64,000 nucleotides of DNA from Octopus vulgaris (taxonomy: Eukaryota), in contig OX597826.1 of NCBI GenBank assembly GCA_951406725.2, forward strand, positions 20,336,001 through 20,400,000, given 5' to 3'. The notes beneath the pieces are model-generated. The model searched no databases. It was not told the origin of the DNA and saw only the letters and a list, made by a program, of their open reading frames with translations. A program made the translations under genes and the position numbers. Shown here piece by piece: positions 13,216 to 24,546 of the stretch. How positions within the stretch are numbered: the first letter of the stretch is position 1; each line of letters opens with the position of its first letter.

Positions 13216-15479
13216 TGAATGCATGTGAGCTTGTGTGAATCCATTGCTATGGATGGTGATATTTGCTGATGTTTCCCTGCCAACAAATCCCCCAGTAGCT
13301 ACGTGCTTTCCAAGATAATTTAGAATGAGAATTCCCTTATTTGATAGACAGATAAGGGTTAAAAACCAGAAAGGTATCTGTCAAAAAACCAATGTCTCAG
13401 TAATATGCATTGATCTAACCCATGCCAACATTGAAAAATAGCTGTAAAACAAATGATTGAGTATATGAAGTATATAAACAGTTACATAATACATATCTTA
13501 AGTGTGTTCAGCATTGTAGCCACCTGCCTCTCATTAGCAGAATTGAGTTAATAAACCCCACATCAAATATTGTAGGAAACCCATTAGTTTGAAGGGAAAT
13601 TGGAGAAAGTTCTTTGGTTGAATGAAAAATAATACATTTTGGACAGGCGGGGAGGAGGGAAAGAGAGAGAAAGGATGTAGAGAGAGGTTTTAACAGCATG
13701 GCTAGAAAACCATGAATGAGAAATGGAAGTGGTATAGGGAGGATGAGGAGGTGTAAGTAGTGTGGGAGGGAGAGGTTGTCAAAGTAAAAAAAGAGGTCAG
13801 CTGACATTGGAGGGAGTGGGTGAGTTGAGAGATAAGAGCCACAGGTGGGAGGGAAGTAGAGAGACTAATGAAGGATTGGTCAGAAAGAAGACAGACAGTG
13901 AAGAGGTGTAGGGGGAGAGGACAAGTAGAAATCAAAAAGATAATATAGTTATCTACTTGTTTGTTTTCTACCATAGCAGCAGCACAGTGCATATATATAT
14001 ACATATATATATTCCTCTATACAGCAAATATATAAACCGGATACAGCGGATAAGTGGTATGAATCCATGGATGTCATCAACATTTTATGCCTGCCTTTCA
14101 TGCTGGCAGCAGTTGGGAGGTTGTTAATCTGAGACATGGATATTACTGCTACCGTCCACTGTGGGCATGGTTTCTGCAGCTGGCCACCCTTCCGGATGCC
14201 AATCATTTTACTGAATGAACCAAGTGCAATTCATCAGGGCACTAAAAGAAGTGGCCTTGTCCCTAGTAATTTACCACTCTGGCCACTTGGTTAACAGTAT
14301 TAGCCTTTCTTTACTTTTCTCAATACAATCATACTTTGTGATACACACGTGATTGATAAAACATTATTCTCTTGTCACACACAAAAATGATTAATCATTC
14401 ACCCACAGCAGTCATTGAATATATTGTTATGGTCAACTTTTAGTTACTCGCAAGAATTTCTAGACTTCACCAATTCAGTTCAGCCGAGTAAGACAATGTG
14501 ATCAATAGTTTTAGGCATTTTTTTCTAAATATTCAACTTCAATATACCACTTCCATTTCTCATTCATGGTTTTCTAGCCATGCAGCCAATTTTTCATCTG
14601 ATTCCAAGTCAAAGAGATTGAGAATAATTGTTACTTAGATTTCTCTAAATCCATGAATTTCACTGAAAACAAACCAAAAAAGGAATGATAACATTCTTTA
14701 TAGGCAAAAGACCTGGAATGCTTTGCGGGAGGAGAGGGAGGGTCAATTACACTGACTCCACTGTTTGGTATTTATTTTATTGACACGAGAAGGATAAAAA
14801 GCAGAGTCAGCCTTGGTGGAATCTGAATTCAGAATATAAAGAGCCCCCAAAAATGCTAAACGTTTTGTCCAACAAACTAATGATTTTGTCAGCTTGTTGC
14901 CTTGATAATAATTACAACAATCCTTTCTACTATAGGCATAAAGCCTGAAATTTTGGGAGAGAGGATTAAGTCGATCACAGCGACCCAAGTGCGTAACTGG
15001 TACTTATTTCATTGACACTAAATGAATGAAAGGCAAAGCTGACCTCAGCGGAATTTGAACTCAGAACATAAAGATGTATGAAATGCTGTTAAGCATTTTG
15101 CATGGCATGCTAACAACTCTGTAGCTTGCTGCCTTAATAATAATGATTTCACATTTTGGCACAATGCTAGCAATTTCGGGGGAGGAGTTAGGGTTAGTGG
15201 CACATAAAGAGCACCATTTAAGTGTGATCAATGCCTAACTAGTGCATAAAAAGCACCCACTACACTCTTGGAGTGGATGGTGTTAGGAGGGGCATCAAGC
15301 TGTAGAAACCTTGCCAAATCAGATTGGAGCCTGGTGCAGCCTTCTGACTTGCCAAACTGTCCAACCCATGCAAAAGTCAATTACATTGACCCCAGTGTGC
15401 AGCTGGTATTTATTTTATTGAACCTGAAAGGATGAAAGGCAAAGTCGACCTTGGTGGAATTTAAACTATGCTGTTGCCC

Positions 15480-16770
15480 TTGCTCTAATAGCTGAGACAC
15501 TACCAGAACAAGAGAAGAAGTTTTAGGTGTGGGAGCAAGGGCTTCAGTCAATCTAGCAAAAACCAAAGTCCTAGTAAGTAGGAAGGTAGACAAATCACAA
15601 AACCCTTCAGGTTGATGGCCCTGCTCAATCTGTAGAAAAGGCATAGGTAGAAACTCCATAAGATGTACCCGGTGTAAGCTATGGACACATAAGAGGTGCA
15701 GCAGTATCAAAGGAAGGTTAACTGGGAAGATAGCTTTTGTGTGTGGCAGATGCACAGGAGCAAGAGACACAGAAGATGTACAAAAAACAGATTCTATCAC
15801 ATGCCAGGGAGAAAAAACAAAAGAAATAGTCAATAGCTTCCATTTTCTAGGTGACCAAGTCAGTAGCGGGGGTGGATGCTTTGAGAGCATAACAGTTAGA
15901 ATAAGAATAGCCTAGGCAAAGCTCAGAGAGCTCCTACTTCTGCTGGTAACAAAGGGCCTCTTGCTCAGAGTGAAAGGTAGACTGTATGATGCATATGTGC
16001 AAAAAGCCATGCTACACTGCAGTGAAACATGGGCTGTGACTGCTGAGGACATGCGTAGGCTTGAAAGAAATGAAGCTAGAATGATATGCTGGATGTGTAA
16101 TGCCAGTGTGCATACATGACAGAGTGTAAGCGCCCTGAGAGAAATGTTGGACATAAGAAGCATCAATGTGGTGTGCAAGAGAGACTGCGCTGGTATAGTC
16201 ATGTGATGCATATGGATGAGGACAGCTGTGGAAGGGGTGGACCCGGGAAGACATGGGATGAAGTGGTGAAACACGACCTTTAAATGCTGGGCTTCACAAA
16301 AGCAATGAGAAGAGATCAAGACCTTTGGAGATACGCTGTACTTAAGACCCAGCAAGCCAAGGTAGATCATAGCCATGGCCAATGCCAGTGTTGTATAACT
16401 GCCCTGTTTAAAATTACTCCTTCAATCGTCGGGCAATATGCTGTGCTTGAGGAGAACTGTTGAGTTGAGTGAAATCGTAGTCATGGCACCCATGCTGGTG
16501 GCATGTAAATAGTACCATTCAAGCATGGCCGATGTCAGTGCTACCTGATTGGTTTCCGTGAGTGTGACCGATGCCAGTGCCACCTGACTAGCATGTAAAA
16601 AGTACCCACTACACTCTTGGAGTGGTTGGTGTTAGGAAGGGCATCCAGCTGTGGAAACCATGCCAGGTCAGATTGGAGCCTGGTGCAGCTTTCTGGCTTG
16701 TCAGTCCTTAAGCCAAACTGTCTAACCCATGCCAGCATGGAAAGCAGACGTTAAATGAGGACGATGAATG
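15480..16770 (+). mobile_element. 5'-truncated RTE-clade LINE (RT C-terminus and 3'UTR), decayed
   Basis: NLAKTKVL, a Cys-rich PCSICRKG..RCTRCKLWTHKRCS..FVCGRC insert, RLYDAYVQKAMLHCSETW and RLRWY motifs. Ends in a gat-type tail. Confidence 0.85.
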
Positions 16771-16927
16771 TAAAGATGGATGAAATGTCGCTAAGCATTT
16801 TGCCTGTCATGGTAACAATTCTGACCTCGTTGGAAGGAATACCTCTATGCCTTTTTCCCAGTGTGTAATGATTCTGCCAGCTCACTATCTTAATAATAAT
16901 AATAATAATAATGATAATAATAATAAT

Positions 16928-18490
16928 AATAAGGGCACTCAGAGGGTGCAAACCTCTGCCAAGGCAACACCAACGTCCTCTCAACGATTAGCCAGAGATG
17001 ATTTTTAAAATAAGAAAATCTGAAATAAACTCGACTGCTCTCAAAAGTTAAGTAAAAAAAAAAAAGAAAAAACAGAAAAATAATCCAGAATCCTTGTCTG
17101 GTACCTGATCGATCCCAATGGTAGTCATGGAATGTGAAGGTGGGCATGTGGGCCGTGTTTGTAAATCTGTGTGTGTGTTGTCTGCAGTGGGAACAGGGAT
17201 ATGTTTCTCTATGAAGGCCTTTTTTTAGTCTTTCCATTGACATAGTGTCTTTATGACCATTAAGGTCTATAGAGAAAAGTGTATCCATGTGTGAAAGAAA
17301 ATGGAAAAGACCTGCATACGGTGCTGTTAATGGAGATTTAATAACATTGTTGCACACAAAAACGTGAGTCCAAGAAGTAAAGCTTCCTTCAAAGTAGAGC
17401 TAGAAATGCAATTGTCAAGGAGGTAAGAGGTTTTAAACAGGAGCGATATATTCAAAATTGGTAAAACTAAGAAACCAGTAGAATAAGTAGTAGGCTTACA
17501 AAGAATAGGTCCTGGGGTCGATTTGTTCGACTAAAGGCGGTGCTACAGCATGGTCGCAGTCAAATGACTGAATGCATGAATGTGTGCATGTGAGCTTGTG
17601 TGAATCTATTGCTATGGATGGTGATATTTGCTGACATTTCTCTGCCAAGAAATCTGCCAGTAGCTCTGTGCTTTCTAAGGCAATTAGAGTGAGAATTCCC
17701 TTACTTGATAGACAGATAAGGGTTAAAAACCAGAAGGGATTATAAAACCAATGTCTCAGTAATATGCATTGATCTAACCATGCCAACATATGGCAAAGTG
17801 GTTAAGAGCGTGGGCTATTAACCCCAAGATTCCGAGTTTGATTCCAGGTAGTGACCTGAATAATAATAACAACACTGAAAAATACCTTAGGAACGAGAAC
17901 CCAGGTTCGAAATTTCCCCAAGACACCTGATGAAGGCTGGAGGGTATATCAGCCGAAACGTGTTAACAACAAACAAGATGAGGACAAATATCCATCAAAT
18001 GTAAACAATGTAAAACTAAAAATTGCCGAGGATAAATTAAATTTATTATTGTTACTAAATATGTTAGTGTTATTTAATTTCTGAATGGTTTTGCTGCCGT
18101 TTGTTTATATAATTTGATTTCTTTATCCATCAGTTTCTACAAGAGTAAAATTAATAAGAGAGAAACGAAAAATAAACTTTGGAAACAGCAACGCTGCAAT
18201 AACTTACATGGAAGCCTTAAGCGTGCTTTCAAGGGAGATAATCAGAGAAAGACTTGAAAGTCAACATAAGATTGGAATACTTCATGTAAAGTAAATATAA
18301 CAAATAATCCAGAATCCTTGTCCAGTACCGGATTGATCCCAAAATCTAACCAATTTGTGCCAGTTATGAGGCCATACATCCCTGAAAGTTTTATCTGAAT
18401 CCATCCGGTGGTTCTTGAGATATCTTGTCCGTGGACAAACACACAAATACAACTGAAAACAATACCTCTGCCTTCACTAAAGCGGACATA
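16928..18490 (+). mobile_element. Helentron-like non-autonomous element (HINE type), interrupted by the 17471-18019 insertion
   Basis: Starts aa.aagggcactcagag..aacctctgccaagg and ends aatacctctgccttcactaaagcgga (terminal hairpin). Internal repeat aatccagaatccttgtc. Same ends as the 19996-20301 copy. Confidence 0.6.
17791..18010 (+). mobile_element. tRNA-headed SINE with a hammerhead-like, Penelope-pLTR-type 3' module
   Basis: A box tggcaaagtgg (17791), B box gtttgattcc (17836), (AAT)n linker, then CTGATGA-a-ggctg(loop)cagcc-GAAAC at 17927-17959. Confidence 0.7.
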
Positions 18491-18523
18491 ATAATAATAA
18501 TAATAAAAACTCGGAATAATTAC

Positions 18524-18577
18524 CCATACTGTGGTTCTGTTGCCTGTGTTATTTGTATTAGTTTGTTCATCAGCCAT
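18524..18577 (-). CDS. TMEM33: TMEM33 first coding exon (MADEQTNTNNTGNRTTVW); the exon begins at an acceptor at 18591, so a 5'UTR exon lies upstream
   Basis: tcttttcag acceptor, AAG-ATG-G start context, 54 nt (18 codons), TGG|GTAATT donor. Joins in phase 0 to the next exon, and the N-terminal MAD matches vertebrate TMEM33. Confidence 0.85.
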
Positions 18578-18830
18578 CTTTGTACTAGTTTCTGAAAAGA
18601 AACAACATAAATGTAGGATCAAGACAAATAATTTTACGACTCTTAATAGCAAAGAAACATGATTGAGAGGAATGGTTTGGCACCATTATCTTATTGGTAC
18701 TCAGTGTATTGGAACAGTGATTAATGTTGACCTTATTAGGGTTAGAAGGTGGATAAATATAAGACTAAAGCATTTTGGTAATATAAAGAGAATGTTTTAA
18801 AATTAACAATTAAATGGTTAACTTATTTAA

Positions 18831-19019
18831 TCCTTTAGCATTTAATCTGGCCAAATCCAAGCCAAATATTCTAACCATTTTACATTCAAACTGGCCCGAT
18901 CTGGCCTCTCTCATCTCATGACATTGAAATCTCTAAGCTATGAGATAATCCATGATTTATTCAAAACAATGTGAATAAATTAGCATTCCATTTGACAGAA
19001 TAACCTGAATGCTAAACGC
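18831..19019. mobile_element. piggyBac-like MITE
   Basis: ttaa|tcctttagcatt...aatgctaaacgc|ttaa: TTAA flanks with imperfect TIRs. Confidence 0.6.
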
Positions 19020-19995
19020 TTAAAATGCGAGGGCAGGTAAGTTAGTCTATAATTAGTATAAAAGCAGTGTTCAATTTTAGTACCTGTATTTCACTTGGTG
19101 CTTGAGCCAAGAGAAAAAGCAGGGTACCAACAGAATCAACTATAGAGAGGAAGAGAGAGGGAGAGGGATAGGGAGGAGAAAGAGGAAATGCACTGTTTAA
19201 GACGTGTGATGTGTATGAAAAACAAGTTGAAAAATTGTTAAATAATGCATGAAGGAGGAGTCTTACCAAGAGAGGAAAAGCAAGACCAGCTGGAGCAATG
19301 TTGATAGTATCTTCAGTCTATTTCAAAATAAAATAATTGTGGGCTCAAATCAAGGCCAAGATGAAAACGTAGGGGTGGTTGGGGGAGAGGAGGTGGATGA
19401 AACTAGTGTGGGGAGTTGTAAAGGGGGTGGTGGTGTTTTTACAGAGAGCAGCATTGATGAGGGTTGACTGCTGTTGTGTTTAGCCTTAACTAACTGATTA
19501 AACAGGGTTTAAATTCAAAGACATTCTATCCAAGACCACCTAGCCCTTTCTTTTGGCAAAGTGTATGATGGAATATATCATTCAGTGTATCACACATTTA
19601 ACACTTTTGGGTGTAATTTGAATGACATTTAGCTGCTATTTCTAGCAGACCAAATAAAAATATAGGGTCTCCTTTGATTGGTTGGTTGTGAGAATGTGTA
19701 TAAATGATGGGTAAAACTTTCCAGGAGTAGTGTATATATCCAGCAGCTGTTTAGAAGCAACAAAAAAAAACTGTTCATTAACCCTTTAGCACTGGCCAAA
19801 ATGTTCTATGTTTTTTTTTTTGTACAAAGCAGCCATACATAAGCATAACCAGTGACAGATTAATCTGAATGTTAATCTCCAGGGCTGTTGGTGAAATGAG
19901 AGGTGACAGGAGTGTGGTTTCGTTATGTTAATAAAGGTAATATTGAATAATTCTATTTTGGAATACCTCAAAGCTCAGGCACACACAAAGCTATA

Positions 19996-20301
19996 AACAA
20001 GAGCATTCAGAGAGCACAAAGCTTCGTTAGGGCAACACCAATGTCCTCTCAACGATTAGCCAGAGATGATTTTTAAAATGAGAATATCTGAAATAAACTC
20101 AACTGCTCTCACAAAAATTAAGGAAAAATAATCCTTGTCCGGTACTGGATCGACCCCAAAATCTAATAAGCCTGTGCCAGTCTAGTGGCCAAACATCCCT
20201 GAAAGTTTCATCCAAATTCATCCAGTGGTTCTTGAGATATCTTGTCCTCGGACTAACAAACATGATTGAAAACATTGTCTTTGCCAAGGTGGAGGTAATA
20301 A
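19996..20301 (+). mobile_element. Short Helentron-like non-autonomous element
   Basis: aacaagagcattcagagagc...gccaaggtggaggtaataa, homologous to 16928-17120 and 18300-18490. Confidence 0.6.
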
Positions 20302-20455
20302 CAGCACAAAAACATTGGATGAAGGCTGCTCATGGGACTTTTGTGATCCAACATTTCCTTGCTATTATTTTTAGCTTTATGTGAGTGTGCTTCAAGGTAT
20401 TCCAAAATAAAATTCATATTCTCTTAAAAATTTTATATAAATACTAAGTAGAAGC

Positions 20456-20495
<40 letters not shown>

Positions 20496-21253
20496 CATTA
20501 TTATCATCTTTTTAAACATCTGTTTTCCTTGCTGCTATGGGTTGGATGGTTTGATAGGAACTGGCAAGCCAGAGAACTGCTCCAAGTTCCATTGTCTGCT
20601 CTGGAATGGTTTCTACAGCTGGATGTTCTTCCAAATGCAAAGCACTTTACAAAGTGTACTGGGTGCTCTTTTTATGTGGCACCAGCACCTGCAGGGTTGC
20701 CAAGTAATTTGCGGGACAAAGACTTCTCAGCTGAGAGAGAGGAACTGCAGGATGTGGCTTTGTGCCAGGAGAGAGGTTAGAATGTAAGAGAGGGAAAGAA
20801 ACAGATGTCTTACTGTAGATACTTGGCTACCTGAGTAGGAGAGGATAGAAAGATAGGCAGAGTGAAGGAGAAAGAGATGATGTTGGGGGTGCAGCACTGG
20901 GGAACCTACCCTCAGGTAACAAGGAGTGGACTTCAGCAGTTATATTTTCCAAATCACCACTCACAAGTTACTGGCCAAGGTGCCATGCAGTGGGACTCGA
21001 CCAGGAACCATAGGGCTGCAGATGAATTAACTAAGCCATGACTTCAGGTTAAGAAAGGAATCAAAACAGAATTCTTCTTACACTGGAACAAAGCCAGAAA
21101 TTTAGAGAGCCACAGTTGATTAGAATGACCCAGTGCTGAACTGGGACTTTATTTTATCGACCCTGGAGGGATGAAAAACAAAGCTGTGGAAGTACATGAA
21201 GAAAGAATGAAAGAACCAGGAGGAGGAGAGAGAGAGGGTAAATTTTTATATTA

Positions 21254-21770
21254 TCACCTGCACGATTTTCATTATGGGTAAAAAAAAACCAAAAAAACCC
21301 TCGAATGTTTTTTCCGTGGAATCAAGTACCCTGACCAAATATGCTGCAAATCCCTTATTTTGGCCCCCACCCCTTATCCGGAATCATTGGGATTTTTTTT
21401 TGGTTTTTGTTGAATGAATTCCTGTGCTACAAAACCCTTTTTGGAGGGAGTCTGGAAAACGGGGTGGGGTGAAGTGGAAGCCTCGGAAATTTCACCCCCA
21501 CTCCTATTGATCTTTTCACCTGCACAATTTTCACTAAGAAGGAAAAAAAGAAAAACTCAAACTTTTTTGTATGGAATCAAGTACCCTGACCTCAATATGC
21601 TGCAAACACCTTATTTTTGCTCTGGAAAAAAAAAAAAGGGGGGGGGGAACTCCCCCCCCATATCCTGGAATCATTGGAAATTTTTTTTTTTCGTTGACTG
21701 AATATGCTACAAAACCCTTTTTGGGGTCTGGAAAACGGGGTGGGGTGGAAGACTCGGAAATTTCACCCCC
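21254..21770. repeat. Two-copy tandem repeat, unit about 262 bp
   Basis: Both units begin tcacctgcac..ttttca and share ggaatcaagtaccctgacc and tctggaaaacggggtggggtg..ctcggaaatttcaccccc. Confidence 0.85.
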
Positions 21771-21836
21771 TTTTTTGAAATATTTTTTTGCTATTTCTTT
21801 CTTTACTCATAATCTTAGATAACATTTTCGAGTGTG

Positions 21837-22224
21837 GGATCTTTTCGGTTTGAATGGTAGTTTTTAACATAATTTCTAGGTAACTAAAAAATGTTAAACT
21901 TCGTATACTGGTAGAATGTGTTTATAAAACATCATTTTCTCTTGGCTTTATTGAAAAAATTCTATAGTTTGTAACATATTTCGTCTAAAATTTCTTGCAT
22001 TTCGGCAATTTTAACCAATCACTGACCATCCATTGAGGTGAAAGCATTCTGTACGTCATATGTCCCTCGTTTAAGAAACGGATTGGGTTTATTTACATTT
22101 GTGATGAAAAAATGATACCCTTCCCCCACCCCTAACCCTAAATCTAAAATAAATTGAAATGCAAGAGATCGATACCAGGGTTATAATTATGGGTGACAAT
22201 TTCATATGACACCGCTAGGGAAAA
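21837..22224. mobile_element. GG-terminus DNA transposon (MITE) related to the 23532 foldback; right end replaced by a local hairpin
   Basis: ggatcttttc terminus, shared aaacttcgtatactggtagaatgtg block, cctaaccctaa motif. Confidence 0.7.
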
Positions 22225-22597
22225 TGGGAGTTTTTCCTAGTGGTGTCACAAAGCAAAACCTGAGAGGTCGGAGTCCCATACATGTATGGAATGTGTGACC
22301 GCTCGTGTCTGCGTTTACAGTGATCTAAAAATCGGTGTTCATGTTTCTTTACGGGGAACAGTATGATCGCAGTCCAATGATCTAGAAGCCGATAAAAGAA
22401 TCATGACTGCCACCTCTATATGGGTTAGCAATGAGATTTATACATTATTTACATTTGATGGATATTTATCCTCATCTTGTTTGTTGTTAACACGTTTCTG
22501 CTGATATACCCTCCAGCTTTCATCAGATATCTTCGGGAAATTTCGAACTTGGGTTCTTTTTCCTATGGTATTTTTCGATATTATTATTATTATTATT

Positions 22598-23216
22598 TTA
22601 AGTTTGACTTTTGCTTTACATTTGTACAAGTTGGCTCCAAGTCTCACCCAGAGACCTCAAGAGACAAGTTAGAAGTTCAAGTTGGTGTTATGCCTAGAGT
22701 GCCATATATTTGGTTTTGTACATACTAAAGAATGTTTAAGAAACCATAAGAAGATTATGTGTTTGTTTTAAAACTTGAGATTACATAGAAAGCATATTGT
22801 GTAGGATATGGGCAGTTCCCATGAACACTGTCTTTTGAATTTTTGCCATTTTGAGGTTTCCTGATATCTGAGCTAGGTAGCAATCAGCCCCTTTTGCTAT
22901 CATTCCCAGGGCACCTATGACAACAGGTATTGTTAAAGTCTTCAGGTTCCCCATTTTGCCAATTTCTATTTCAAGATCTTTATACTTGCTCAGTTTTTGG
23001 TAGGTCTTGACAGATACGTTTATATCGAATGGGACAGCCATGTCAATGAGGAGGCATGATTTTTGTCTGAAGTCTTTCAATATGATGTCTGGCCTATTTG
23101 CATGGTGAAGTCCCATAGAAGTGAGATGTGATCCTTTTCAAGCACTGGAGGTGGTTTGTGTTCCCACCAGTTTTTATCATGGGGCAAGTCCAGTGAATAA
23201 ATTGTGCAGCTCTATC
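22598..23216 (-). mobile_element. 3' fragment of an R4/Dong-type LINE (restriction-like endonuclease)
   Basis: HANRPDIILKD..CLLIDMAVPFDIN..K..KY..L..IPVVIGALG (PD..D REL motif). (TAA)n tail at 22578-22597. Confidence 0.88.
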
Positions 23217-23531
23217 AATAATAATAATAATAATAATAATATCGAAAAATACCTTAGGAATGAGAACCCAGGTTTGAAATTTCCCCAAGACACCTGATGA
23301 AGGTTGGAGGGTATATAAGCCGAAGCGTTAACAACAAATAAGACGATGACAAATATCTGTCAAATGTAAATAATTCCTCATTTCTTAAATATAAAACTGA
23401 ATGAGATTTATATTACACACATATCCGTGCACCTCCTTCCATATAATTTTAATTATAAAGTTGTTAGCAACACAACCGTTGCAACAAGGAATCAAATGAG
23501 TCATGTGTCTCCAAACTTAGCAACACAACCC

Positions 23532-24223
23532 GGATATTTTCCTTTTGAACCACACATGTCAACACAATTTCTAGTTAACTTCGTATACTGGTAGAATGTG
23601 TCAAAATAAAACATTTTTTTCTCTTGGCTTTCTTGAGAAAATTGTAATTTGTTTGTTTAACGTAGTTTAATTTTTCGAATTTTAACCAATGAATCGCCTC
23701 TAGTGAGCTAAAATCATTTGCTGCGTTTAAAACTGAGACAACATCCTGTCACTAACCCTAACCCTAAATTTTAGCCTTCGGTTATTTTTTTTCTTAATTG
23801 TTAAATTAATTTAATTGTTACACGTGTGTCTAAAATTATTCTTTTGTTTTTGCTTTCGTTATGTATACGTACGGAAAGCGTGTGTATAAAATTATAGAAT
23901 TATTTTGTTTGTTAATTGTTTAAATTATTTTTCATAGCTTTCGTTTTTTTTCTTAATTGTTATCCTTAAATTAATTTAACAATGAAGAAAAAAAAAAACG
24001 AAAGGCTAAAATTTAGGTTTAGGGTTAGTGACAGGATGTTGTCTCAGTTTTAGACACAGCAAATGATTTTAGCTCAATTAGATTGGTTAAAATTCGAAAA
24101 ATTAAACTACGTTAAACAAACGAATTACAATTTTATCAAGAAAGCCAAGAGAAAAAAAATGTTTTAAAGTGTTTAGTTAACTAGAAATTGTGTTGACATG
24201 GGCCGTTCAAAAGGAAAAGATCC
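23532..24223. mobile_element. Foldback MITE with about 280 bp inverted arms, GG..CC termini and an 8-bp TSD
   Basis: ggatattttccttttgaac...gttcaaaaggaaaagatcc. TSD cacaaccc at 23524-23531 and 24224-24231. TTAGGG/CCCTAA repeats inside the arms. Confidence 0.92.
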
Positions 24224-24513
24224 CACAACCCCCCTTCTCCCCCCCCCAAAAAAAACACTATCTTTTTCGGGAGTCTCTACATCATTATTCGACTTGCTAA
24301 AAACACCAACCAAACCGCCCATAAATTATACTAGATTGTCTTGAAAAAAAAAAGAAGAAAAATGAAGGACACGTTCAACAATATATCCTAGATAATGTAG
24401 CCACCGGTCCCAAGCAACAACCGGATGCTTATGATTGATCACAGGGTTGAATTCAGGTTTAACAATATTAGATCATTCAGCTTCAAAAGCGATTTCGAAT
24501 TAACCATGGATAC

Positions 24514-24546
<33 letters not shown>

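Noticed and set aside
17791-17850. tRNA gene
   Set aside because: A and B boxes are present but there is no acceptor stem or terminator; it is a SINE head. The same applies to the other SINE heads.
23752-23767. Interstitial telomere or chromosome fusion site
   Set aside because: Only 2-3 units, symmetric within MITE arms and repeated in each copy.
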